Assembly (NCBI GenBank): GCA_945900785.1
Contig: CAMDJM010000015.1
Coordinates: 9,041 to 73,040, forward strand
From: Akkermansia muciniphila
GTDB lineage: Bacteria > Verrucomicrobiota > Verrucomicrobiia > Verrucomicrobiales > V1-33
Reading direction: 5' to 3'
DNA: 64,000 nucleotides
In this document: piece after piece, positions 38,446 to 47,098 of the stretch
Position numbering within the stretch: position 1 is the first letter of the stretch
Layout of the letters: each line of letters starts with the position of its first letter
Program-made: the position numbers and the translations under genes
The notes under the pieces: generated by a model
Databases searched by the model: none
Seen by the model: the letters and a program-made list of their open reading frames with translations, nothing else
Told to the model about the DNA's origin: nothing

Positions 38446-41400
38446 ATGGCATCATTTTTCAAAAACCTGTTCCGCAAAGAAGGGGAAAGCCAACCAGTTC
38501 CGGCAACTCCCTTGGCGAATGATTTTCCGGGCCGGGGGCAGACTGGACCCTTTGTCCCAGCGGCCCAGGCAGGTCCGCTGACGGCGGGAGTCCCCAGGGG
38601 GACCGGGCCTTTTGCAGTGGTGACAGGACGGCAGATGACGGTGCGGGAAATGGCGGCCCTGCTGCCGCCAGGTTTGTTGCGGTTTGATGCCGTCAGTCCG
38701 GAGCAGCCCGTGGCTTTGCCCTTGGAGGAACTGCGGCAAACTCTGGCTTCCGGCCGGCCTTCGCTGCGTTTGTCCCGGATTTACGAGGCCTGTCCGGCTC
38801 TTTTCCAACGTCCCCCGGCACCTGGGGAAGATTTAGAGGTAACCTTTCCCTTGGCCAGAGTCCGGGGGCTTTTAGAAAACTCCAGTCCCATCGCCCCGGT
38901 GCCTGCGGTCAATCCTTTCGCCTCCATTCCCAGGGCGGGCTTGCCTCCGGCAGGAGCAACCGCCTCCCCCTTTGGGTTGGCTGGGTCGCTTCTGCCAAGT
39001 GCTGCCTCTCCTGGAAATCCCTTTGCTCCAATGATGAATGCCGCTGCCTCCGGTTTGCCCATCGCTCGTCCCGGCATGCCGGTGGCGCAGGAACAGCCCC
39101 AGCCCTTTCCAGCGGCACCTGTGACTGGCTTTCCCTCCGCGCCTCCCGCGTCCTCACCCGCCCCAGCGGCTGTGGCACCCTTTGCGGTGGCGGCAGCGGC
39201 CCCCGGTCTTCCCGCCGCCCCCTCTGCTTTTAGCCCGGCGTCCCCAGCGCAAGCCAGCCCGGCTCCCGCCCTGCCACCCGGGCCGCGTTCGACCCCCGTG
39301 CCTTTTGCCCAAAGTGCCGGAAAGCAGCCCGCCTCCCACAGCGGGGCTCCCCATTCGCCCTTTTCGGTCATCAATCCTCCGGCAGCGACGGCTCCTCCTG
39401 CCGCCTTTGTTCCTGCGGGCAATCCCCTGCCCTCGCCCTTTACGGTGCGGGCCAGCGCACCTGTGCCTGCGCCAGCCGCCTTCCAGCCCGCAGCCCAACC
39501 CCGCACCTTTCCCGTGCCGGTAGCCCCTCCTGCCATGAATGGGCGGCCCGAATCCATCAAAACCTCGCCCCGGCCGGACCGGGGCTCCCGCTTTTCCACC
39601 CAGCCAGTGCCTTTGCCGGTGCAGGCGCAGACCGCCCCTCCGGTCACCCAACCCGTGCCCCCGCCGGCAGCCCTCCCCGTTTTATCTTTTCCTTCTTCCT
39701 TCCAAAGCATCACCGCGCCTGTGCCGCCAACCGATCCAGTCCTGCCACCTGCCGCAGCTCCGGCAATGCCTTCGCCGTCAGCGCCCGCCCCGGCCCAGCC
39801 GGCCGGTCCCGCTCCAGCGATGGCTTCCACTCCCGCAGTTTCCCTGCCGGATGCCACCCCTCCTGCCACTGACGCTCCAGCCGGCTTCCTGGAGGAATCC
39901 ATGGAGGCAACAGCCGAATCCATGGAAATGAGCCTGCGGGCCGTCCTGCGGAATGCAGATCCCGCCCTGTTGGGATTTGCCCCGGAAAATGTGCCGGAAG
40001 CCGTCAGGATCAGATTCCCCGTCGCCCAGATCGCTCCCCAACTGTCCAAAGGCCGCGTGGTGGTGTCTATTCCTCAAATTTGTCAGGGGATTCCGGAAAA
40101 ATTCCGTCCCGCCTTTGCCCGCGCCTCAACCGGTATGACCATCGTGGTGCCGATGAGTGAAGTCTTCCACAATTTGCCGGAGTCCGCCCGTCCGTCCATG
40201 GAACCGGCCGCGCCAGCGGATGCCCATCAGCCGATTACGACCAGCCCATTCCAAACTCCATTTGTCATCCGTGCCGAAGACGAGCCCGGCAAACAACTGC
40301 TGGACCTGAGTGTCACTGGATTCGACAAATCAAACGTGCGGCAAGCCCGCCCAGCCACTCAACCCGTTGGGCCTGTGGAACTGCCGCATGCCCCGCTTCC
40401 TCCCGTGACCGTGGATGGTGGTGCCCCCACCGTCCAGGTCGATTTGCCGCCGCTCCGCCCTGCTGGCATGATGGCCCCCGCCGAAACGCCGTTGGCTGCC
40501 CCACTCACCCGATCCGGTATGCTTTCGCGCCCCCCCGGCAGTGGCACTGGCCCCAGCCCAGGCGCAGCAATGCGGACCGCCCCGGCGGTGAAGCCGGTGC
40601 CCCCCTCTGCCAGTGCCGTGCGCGCCTTTCCGAAACCCGCTATGCCTCCCGACAGGAGGATCGTCCCTGTGGTTCCGCAACTCCCCCCTGCTTTCCCCGT
40701 CTCCCCTGCTGGGGGCGCTCCCCCCCTGACGCTGCCCCGGCCCGTTCAGGCGGCTCCGCCACCTGCATTCACCCCGCATGGGTTGGACCTGGGCCCGGCA
40801 TCTGCGGCTGTCCTGGCCAACGCCTCCCCTGCCAGGCCGGGAGCGGATCCCACGGATGACCTGGGGGAATCCTTCTCCGCCGCACGCCTCGGCACGGAGC
40901 CCCCTCCCCGCGCGGGTTCAGCCCCCGTCAGCCGGCCAGCTTTTCCCCTACCCGGCAACCCGCCGCCCCTGGCCGCAGGTCCCGCTGCGCCGCTACCGAC
41001 GCCGGTGGCTCCGTTCGCCGCCAGCCCAGCGCCATTGGCTCCACCCGTCTGGCCTCCAGTCCCGCCTCGGGCTGCGGCATCCGGTTTGAATGGCAAGGCA
41101 TCGGCCACCATTCCTAAACTGGCAGCGCCCTCTCGGCCAGCTGCGGCAGGATCTGCCCTGCCTTCCCCCGCGCCACGCGCCCCCCAGGACCTGCCTACGG
41201 GCCAATTCGAGGATCTCAGCTTCGGCTGCCAACCCGACCAACAGCAAATCGTCCTGCGCGCCCTCTTTGGCACTGACCGAACCTTCACTCCCCAGGATGT
41301 CGCCGACGCCTGCGCAACACTTCCCGGCCTGAAAGCCTGTGCGATTCTAAGTGAAGGTCTTCCCCTGGTGAGCGGCGGACTGCCTCAAGCCGAAGCCTCT

Positions 41401-41625
41401 ACCTTCCGCGACAGCGTCGCCAGGACCCGCGAATCCCTCTCCTCCCTGGCAGAATCCATGGGCTTGGGCTCCGGAGGCAATTTCACGCTGCGCACCGATC
41501 AGGGTGTGCGCTCCTTCTTCCTCGACTCCGGCCTCTGTCTTGCCGTCTGGCATGACCAGCCGCTCTTCTCCGGCGGGACCCGGGAAAAACTGATCCTCAT
41601 CACCCAGGAACTGGCAAAACTCTGA
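38446..41625 (+). CDS. large Pro/Ala-rich protein with duplicated unknown domain and C-terminal roadblock/LC7-like domain
   Basis: 1059-aa ORF in operon with mglA/mglB-like genes; C-terminus CATLPGLKACAILSEGLPLVSG...FTLRTDQGVRSFF...CLAVWH...KLILITQELAKL fits roadblock topology. Confidence 0.8.
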   Translation: MASFFKNLFRKEGESQPVPATPLANDFPGRGQTGPFVPAAQAGPLTAGVPRGTGPFAVVTGRQMTVREMAALLPPGLLRFDAVSPEQPVALPLEELRQTLASGRPSLRLSRIYEACPALFQRPPAPGEDLEVTFPLARVRGLLENSSPIAPVPAVNPFASIPRAGLPPAGATASPFGLAGSLLPSAASPGNPFAPMMNAAASGLPIARPGMPVAQEQPQPFPAAPVTGFPSAPPASSPAPAAVAPFAVAAAAPGLPAAPSAFSPASPAQASPAPALPPGPRSTPVPFAQSAGKQPASHSGAPHSPFSVINPPAATAPPAAFVPAGNPLPSPFTVRASAPVPAPAAFQPAAQPRTFPVPVAPPAMNGRPESIKTSPRPDRGSRFSTQPVPLPVQAQTAPPVTQPVPPPAALPVLSFPSSFQSITAPVPPTDPVLPPAAAPAMPSPSAPAPAQPAGPAPAMASTPAVSLPDATPPATDAPAGFLEESMEATAESMEMSLRAVLRNADPALLGFAPENVPEAVRIRFPVAQIAPQLSKGRVVVSIPQICQGIPEKFRPAFARASTGMTIVVPMSEVFHNLPESARPSMEPAAPADAHQPITTSPFQTPFVIRAEDEPGKQLLDLSVTGFDKSNVRQARPATQPVGPVELPHAPLPPVTVDGGAPTVQVDLPPLRPAGMMAPAETPLAAPLTRSGMLSRPPGSGTGPSPGAAMRTAPAVKPVPPSASAVRAFPKPAMPPDRRIVPVVPQLPPAFPVSPAGGAPPLTLPRPVQAAPPPAFTPHGLDLGPASAAVLANASPARPGADPTDDLGESFSAARLGTEPPPRAGSAPVSRPAFPLPGNPPPLAAGPAAPLPTPVAPFAASPAPLAPPVWPPVPPRAAASGLNGKASATIPKLAAPSRPAAAGSALPSPAPRAPQDLPTGQFEDLSFGCQPDQQQIVLRALFGTDRTFTPQDVADACATLPGLKACAILSEGLPLVSGGLPQAEASTFRDSVARTRESLSSLAESMGLGSGGNFTLRTDQGVRSFFLDSGLCLAVWHDQPLFSGGTREKLILITQELAKL

Positions 41626-41675
41626 CTCACCCGCTCTTCAGCCTTCCGCCCGCCGCCCGCCGCCCGCTCCCACCT

Positions 41676-42305
41676 ATGGCCGTGATCAACCACGATACCC
41701 GCGAGGTTTCCTTCAAACTCGTGTATTGCGGGACCCCCATGGGGGGGAAGACCACCAACCTCAGCTTCATTCATAGCCGCCTGGGGGCAGATCACCGGGG
41801 CGACCTGGTGGCCCTGGCGGCGGCCAATGACCGCACCCTCTTCTTTGATTTCCTGCCGGTGCACACCATGGTCATCAACGGCTACCATACCAAATTCATG
41901 CTTTATACCGTGCCTGGTCAGGTTTGTTATAACGCCACCCGGCAGATGGTCCTGCGCGGGGCGGATGGCATCGTCTTTGTCGCCGATTCCCAGCTCGACC
42001 GCATGGAGGAAAACCTCACCGCCTGGCAGGGCATGCAACAGAACCTGGCCGACAACGGCAGCTCCTTCGCCGATCTGCCCGCCATCCTCCAATTCAACAA
42101 ACGGGATCTTCCCGGCCCGGCCCCCTTCGCTTATATGGAGTATTTGCTCAATTCCGGCCCCCGCCGCCTGCGCGTCTTTGAAGCCGCCGCCAGCACCGGA
42201 GTCAACGTCTTCGAGACCCTCAATGCCCTCGCTCAGGAAGTGCTCCAGCGCTTCCATCAGGGCACCCAGCCCGCCCCTGCCACCACCCAGCCCGTTCCTG
42301 CCTGA
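41676..42305 (+). CDS. mglA: MglA-family small GTPase
   Basis: INHDTREVSFKLVYCGTPMGGKTTNL (G1), DRTLFFDFLP (G2 with Arg), LYTVPGQV (G3), DGIVFVADS, NKRD (G4). Confidence 0.92.
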   Translation: MAVINHDTREVSFKLVYCGTPMGGKTTNLSFIHSRLGADHRGDLVALAAANDRTLFFDFLPVHTMVINGYHTKFMLYTVPGQVCYNATRQMVLRGADGIVFVADSQLDRMEENLTAWQGMQQNLADNGSSFADLPAILQFNKRDLPGPAPFAYMEYLLNSGPRRLRVFEAAASTGVNVFETLNALAQEVLQRFHQGTQPAPATTQPVPA

Positions 42306-42317
42306 CACTCTTCCACC

Positions 42318-42821
42318 ATGGATTCCCTCACCACCTATTCCGGCCGGGTTCTGCAACTTGGGGGAGGGCTGTCGCAGCAGTTCCGGCAGATCCTGGCGGG
42401 TTATGTGCAGGAGTCCGAAGTCCGCTACGCCGCCCTGCTTGAGGAGAGTGGCACCATCTGCGCGGATGCGGGCGACCCTGCCCTGAGGGATTCCGGCGAA
42501 ACCGGTGCCTTGGCCGCCGGAGCCTACGCGGCCCTCCAAGCCGTCGCCCAGCGCCTCGGGGACGGCACCTTTGAAGGCCTGTTCCACGAAGGAAAAGCCC
42601 GCCAATTCTGCCTCACGCCCGTTTCCCCACAATTCATGCTGCTGAGCGTCTTTGAAGCCCCCGTCCGGTTTGCCATCGTCAAAGCCTGCGCTTCCAAAGC
42701 CATCCTGCGCCTCCAGGGCCAGATCGAGACCATGCCCATCGCCACCCGCAGCACTGCGCCCCCCGTCCGCCCTGCCGGCGATTTCTCCTTCGAAGCCACC
42801 GCCCTCTTCAATCAGGCATGA
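42318..42821 (+). CDS. mglB: MglB-family roadblock/LC7 protein (GAP-like)
   Basis: AALLEESGTIC...ALAAGAYAALQAVAQRLGDGTFEGLFHEG...LLSVFE; adjacent to mglA. Confidence 0.85.
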   Translation: MDSLTTYSGRVLQLGGGLSQQFRQILAGYVQESEVRYAALLEESGTICADAGDPALRDSGETGALAAGAYAALQAVAQRLGDGTFEGLFHEGKARQFCLTPVSPQFMLLSVFEAPVRFAIVKACASKAILRLQGQIETMPIATRSTAPPVRPAGDFSFEATALFNQA

Positions 42822-42894
42822 GGATGCCGCAGGAGCCGGCGGGAAGCCCACTGGCGGCACGCAGAGGCTGGGAACGCTGGAAGCCTCAGCCCCT

Positions 42895-43497
42895 TCACTG
42901 CCCGGCCAGCAGGTAACCGGTGAAAAACACCACCTCCCGGAATAAAAACGCCGTTTTGGCCGGCCAGGATTGATAGGCGCTGGTGCTGGTCGGAGAGGTA
43001 TAGCAGGAAATCCCCAGGTCCTTCATCATCCGCATGGCGCGCCTCATGTGCAGCGGATCACTGACGATGAGGCAGGTGCCCAGCTGGCCATCCCGCATGA
43101 TCTGCGAGGCCTGGATCATGTTTTCCTGGGTGGACCGGGAGAGGGTCTCGATGAGGATATCCTGAAGCGGAACCCCCTGGGCCGTGGCATAGTCGCGCGC
43201 CGCCTCACTTTCAGCCAGGCTATCCCCTTTGCCGTAACCGCCGGTAAAGATCAGCTTCCTGACGTATCCCCTTTTATACAGCTCCACCCCATGCCGAAGC
43301 CGCGCTTCCAGCACGGGCGAAGGTTTCTGATTCCAGACTGCAGCCCCCAGCACGATGGCGGCATCCGCCTGGCGGGTCTCATTCCGCTGGGCGTAGCGGC
43401 TGACCGAAGCCGCGACCAGAGCCACCCATAACAGCAATAGAAAAAGGCCCCGGAGCAGCCATTTAAAGACTGGCCGCAGATTGGGAAGTTTTTTCAT
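42895..43497 (-). CDS. YdcF/DUF218 (ElyC/SanA-like) protein
   Basis: N-terminal TM, ADAAIVLGA, IFTGG, SEA, SRSTQEN, VSDPLHMRRA, RE. Confidence 0.9.
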   Translation of the reverse strand: MKKLPNLRPVFKWLLRGLFLLLLWVALVAASVSRYAQRNETRQADAAIVLGAAVWNQKPSPVLEARLRHGVELYKRGYVRKLIFTGGYGKGDSLAESEAARDYATAQGVPLQDILIETLSRSTQENMIQASQIMRDGQLGTCLIVSDPLHMRRAMRMMKDLGISCYTSPTSTSAYQSWPAKTAFLFREVVFFTGYLLAGQ

Positions 43498-43710
43498 AGC
43501 ACCCTAATAACGGCTGGGGAACCGGATCTTTCACTCACGGGATCCGTCATGGCCGGCTCACCGGTCCCCCAGGGCAAGCCCACCAGCCAAGTTTGCCACC
43601 CTCAAAGCGTTCCCCTCCCGCCTGAACCCGAACAGTTGACCACCGTCCGGCGTATCTTACGGTGGAGCCTGAAGGTTTGCCCTTCGGCCCGCAGCCGCCC
43701 CCTCCCCCTC

Positions 43711-44886
43711 ATGAAACGAATCCTCACCTGTGTGCTGGCCGGCTGGACCCTGGCAGCAACGCCTGCACCGGCCGCCCGCACCCCGCTGCAAACCACCTCC
43801 CGGGCCGTCGTTCTGCACTATGCAAAAACCGTCCACGCGGTTTACAGCGACTGCCTTACCGCCTCCCTCGCTCTCCAAAAATCCATCCGCGCCTTTCTCT
43901 CCGCTCCCTCCTCTGACACCTTGGCTGCCTCCCGCGCCTGCTGGAAGAGCGCCCGCCTCATTTACGTTCAAAGCGAAGTCTTCCGCTACTACGCCGGCCC
44001 CGTAGACGATGCCGATGGCCCCGAGCCCCTCCTGAATTCCTGGCCTCTCGACGAACTCTACATCGACGCCGGGGAAGGCGGCGATGGCGGCATCATCGCC
44101 AACGAAAAAGCCTACCCTGACATTACGCCAGGGCTGATCGGATCCCTCAATCTCAAGGAAGGAGAAAAGAACATCTCCTGCGGCTGGCACGCCATCGAAT
44201 TCCTCCTCTGGGGCCAGGACAAATCCAGCACCGGGCCCGGAGAGCGCCCCTGCACCGACTACACCACCGCTCCCCACGCCGCCCGCCGCGGCCAATACCT
44301 CCAGGCCTGCGCGGATCTCATCGTCTCCCAATTCGAGGACCTAACGCAACAATGGGCTCCTGGAAAATTGGGAAACTACCGCGCCATCTTTGAGGAAGGC
44401 TACGACCAGTCCGTCGAGCGCATCCTCACCGGCATGATCTTCCTCAGCGGCAATGAACTGGCCGGCGAGCGCCTGCAGGTCGCCTGGGACACCAAAGAAC
44501 AGGAGGAGGAGCCTTCCTGCTTCAGCGATCACACCTGTGAGGAAACCATCGGCGATGCCCTGGGCCTCCAAAACATCTATCGCGGCACCTACCTCAGGCC
44601 CGATGGCACCAGCCTCACCGGCCCCGGGCTGCGGGATCTCGCCCTGCTCATCAAACCGGACCTTGTGCCCGAGCTGGACCGTAAAACCGAGGGCACCCTC
44701 GCCGCCGCCCGCAGCATCCCTGCCCCTTTTGACCAAGCCATCCTCGGGGATGACGACACCCCCGGCCGCCGCGCCATCCTGAAAACCCTCACCGCTGCCG
44801 AAGACCAGTCCGCCCTGCTCCGCACCCTCGCCCGCGCCCTCCAGATCCAAATCCCCGAGCAGGCCGCCAGCGACATCGCTGGTTAG
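43711..44886 (+). CDS. imelysin-family iron-regulated protein (IrpA-like)
   Basis: Signal peptide; NSWPLDE; GWHAIEFLLWGQD (GxHxxE); ELAGER; SCFSD. Confidence 0.88.
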   Translation: MKRILTCVLAGWTLAATPAPAARTPLQTTSRAVVLHYAKTVHAVYSDCLTASLALQKSIRAFLSAPSSDTLAASRACWKSARLIYVQSEVFRYYAGPVDDADGPEPLLNSWPLDELYIDAGEGGDGGIIANEKAYPDITPGLIGSLNLKEGEKNISCGWHAIEFLLWGQDKSSTGPGERPCTDYTTAPHAARRGQYLQACADLIVSQFEDLTQQWAPGKLGNYRAIFEEGYDQSVERILTGMIFLSGNELAGERLQVAWDTKEQEEEPSCFSDHTCEETIGDALGLQNIYRGTYLRPDGTSLTGPGLRDLALLIKPDLVPELDRKTEGTLAAARSIPAPFDQAILGDDDTPGRRAILKTLTAAEDQSALLRTLARALQIQIPEQAASDIAG

Positions 44887-44928
44887 CCTGTCCCCTTGCC
44901 CGCTCCCGGCCCCGTGAATCTCCGTCCC

Positions 44929-46305
44929 ATGAAAACTGCGGCCTTCCTCTTCCTCAGCGCCGCCCTGCCTCTCCACGCCGCTGCGCCCACGGACCACCCG
45001 CCGGAAGCCTTCTCCGGTGGCACCACCACCGTCTTCAATGACGGCAAGGACGCCTTTTCCCTCGCCCTCGCCAATCTCTCCCGGGACAACCGCCGCCTCT
45101 TCGCTGTTGGCAATTCCTTCTTCAACGAAAACTGGATCATCGCCCCCGCCAGCGCTCAGGCCCGCGATGGTCTCGGCCCGCTCTTCCACGCCCGCTCCTG
45201 CTCCGCCTGCCACACCAAAGACGGCCGCGGCTCCCCACCTGACGAAGGCGGGACCATGACCGGCCTGCTCCTCCGCCTCAGCCTCCCCGGTCAGGATCCC
45301 CACGGGGCTCCCCTGCCCGATCCCACCTACGGCACCCAGCTCGCCATCCGCGCCCTCCCCGGAGCCCAGCCGGAAGCCGGGGTCCCGATCCGCTGGGTAA
45401 CCTCCATCCGCACCCTCCCCGACGGCGAAGCCATCGCCCTGCGCCGCCCGGAATTTGGCCCTATCAGCTGGCACTATGGCCCCCCTGCCCCGGGATTGCT
45501 CACCAGCCCACGCCTCGCCCAGCCCATCTACGGCAGCGGCCTGCTCGAAGCCATTCCAGAAGCCACCCTCCTCGCCCTCACTGATCCTGACGACCAAAAT
45601 CAGGACGGGATTTCCGGCCGCCTCAATCAGGTCTGGTCCTTCGAACAACAAAAAACCCTCCCCGGCCGCTTCGGGTGGAAGGCCAACCAACCCAGCCTCC
45701 GCCAGCAAACGGCCGACGCCTTCCTCGGCGACATCGGCATCACCACCTCACTGCATCCTGACGAATCCCTCACCCCCGCCCAGCAGCCCACCCTCGGCCT
45801 GCTCCCGGACGGCGGCACCCCGGAACTCAGCGACCACATCTTCGAGCGCGTCGTCCTCTATACCCAGGCCCTGGCCGTGCCCGCCCGGCGTGACCTGGAA
45901 AACCCCATCGTCCGCCAGGGTGAAAAGCTCTTCGCTCAAATCAATTGCAGCGCCTGCCACAAGCCCACCCTGCAAACCGGCACCACCCACCCGCTCAAGG
46001 AACTCCACGTCCAAACCATCCACCCTTACACCGATCTCCTCCTTCACGACATGGGCGAAGACCTCGCCGACCACCGGCCCGACTTCCTCGCCACCGGCAC
46101 CGAATGGCGCACCCAGCCCCTTTGGGGACTCGGACTCAACGCGGAGGTCAACGGCAACACCTTTTTTCTCCACGACGGCCGGGCACGCACCCTCGCCGAA
46201 GCCATCCTCTGGCACAGCGGCGAAGCCCTGGCCTCACGCAGTGCCTTCGAAAAATTGAGCAAACCCGAACGCGGTGCCCTGCTCGCTTTCCTCGCCTCCC
46301 TTTGA
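44929..46305 (+). CDS. di-heme oxidoreductase (DHOR/DUF1111)
   Basis: DGLGPLF, two CSACH motifs, GRFGWKA, YTDLLLHDMG, EWRTQPLWG, LHDGRART. Confidence 0.9.
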   Translation: MKTAAFLFLSAALPLHAAAPTDHPPEAFSGGTTTVFNDGKDAFSLALANLSRDNRRLFAVGNSFFNENWIIAPASAQARDGLGPLFHARSCSACHTKDGRGSPPDEGGTMTGLLLRLSLPGQDPHGAPLPDPTYGTQLAIRALPGAQPEAGVPIRWVTSIRTLPDGEAIALRRPEFGPISWHYGPPAPGLLTSPRLAQPIYGSGLLEAIPEATLLALTDPDDQNQDGISGRLNQVWSFEQQKTLPGRFGWKANQPSLRQQTADAFLGDIGITTSLHPDESLTPAQQPTLGLLPDGGTPELSDHIFERVVLYTQALAVPARRDLENPIVRQGEKLFAQINCSACHKPTLQTGTTHPLKELHVQTIHPYTDLLLHDMGEDLADHRPDFLATGTEWRTQPLWGLGLNAEVNGNTFFLHDGRARTLAEAILWHSGEALASRSAFEKLSKPERGALLAFLASL

Positions 46306-46369
46306 CAAAAAATGCCACGACCCCGGCTTGAAGCTGCAGGAAATCCCCGCAATATCATGCGCTTCAACC

Positions 46370-46567
46370 TGTCACGGCAAGGACGAGCACGGCAAAGTCG
46401 CCATCAACATCAAACTCATCGCCGACGAAGCCAAATCCAAAGTCTGCATCCTGACCCGTATCGCCTCTCCGGATGCCGCCAGGAAACACGCTCCGGAATG
46501 GGGCAAGATCGTGGGTTCCATCGGTGCTCCCAAAGCGAAAAAGGCCACTCCCAAAAAGGAGGAATAG
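46370..46567 (+). pseudogene. probable 3' fragment of a lost gene
   Basis: Protein-like stretch GKDEHGKVAINIKLIADEAKSKVCILTRIASPDAARKHAPEWGKIVGSIG...KKEE with no convincing start. Confidence 0.35.
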
Positions 46568-46990
46568 CTGCCCCTTCTTCCTAACTGGATAGTCCGCGCC
46601 CCGGCGTTCCGGCATCCGTAAAGTGAGGCTGAGCAGGAAACCGGAATAATCATCAGGATGGTGTCCCTGGAGAGTGAAAGGTTGGAGTTTAAAAATTCCG
46701 CAGCGTCGGTTTTGGAGAATCTGACGTTATCATCTATGATGACGGCACCTCACCGACGGGAAGTGGGCTCATCATGGCCACCAAAATATCCTCAGGAAAA
46801 ATTCAAAAATATCCTCCAATCTGAGAATTCACTTCCTTTATCGAATCATTTTTATCATATGACTTTCCAAAATTAGTTTGATGGATTCCAGCCACCACCC
46901 CAACTCCACCTGTAATAAAAATTGTAATTATAAGATGCTGTAATTCTGATTAAAGCAATTTTTGTTGAAGTCCTATCAACACCCCACCTC

Positions 46991-47098
46991 ATGAATACCA
47001 CTAAACTTTACGCCCTGCTGGATTGCCTCACCGTGGCTTTTTCATTGGGACTGGTGCTGGCGGCCATCTATTACACCGTGACCAGCATGAACGTTTAG
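46991..47098 (+). CDS. 35-aa single-TM small protein (not in ORF track)
   Basis: MNTTKLYALLDCLTVAFSLGLVLAAIYYTVTSMNV; AT-rich upstream region; stop overlaps the convergent epimerase stop. Confidence 0.5.
   Translation: MNTTKLYALLDCLTVAFSLGLVLAAIYYTVTSMNV

Noticed and set aside
43500-43710. Fur box upstream of the imelysin gene
   Set aside because: No GATAATGATAATCATTATC-like sequence visible
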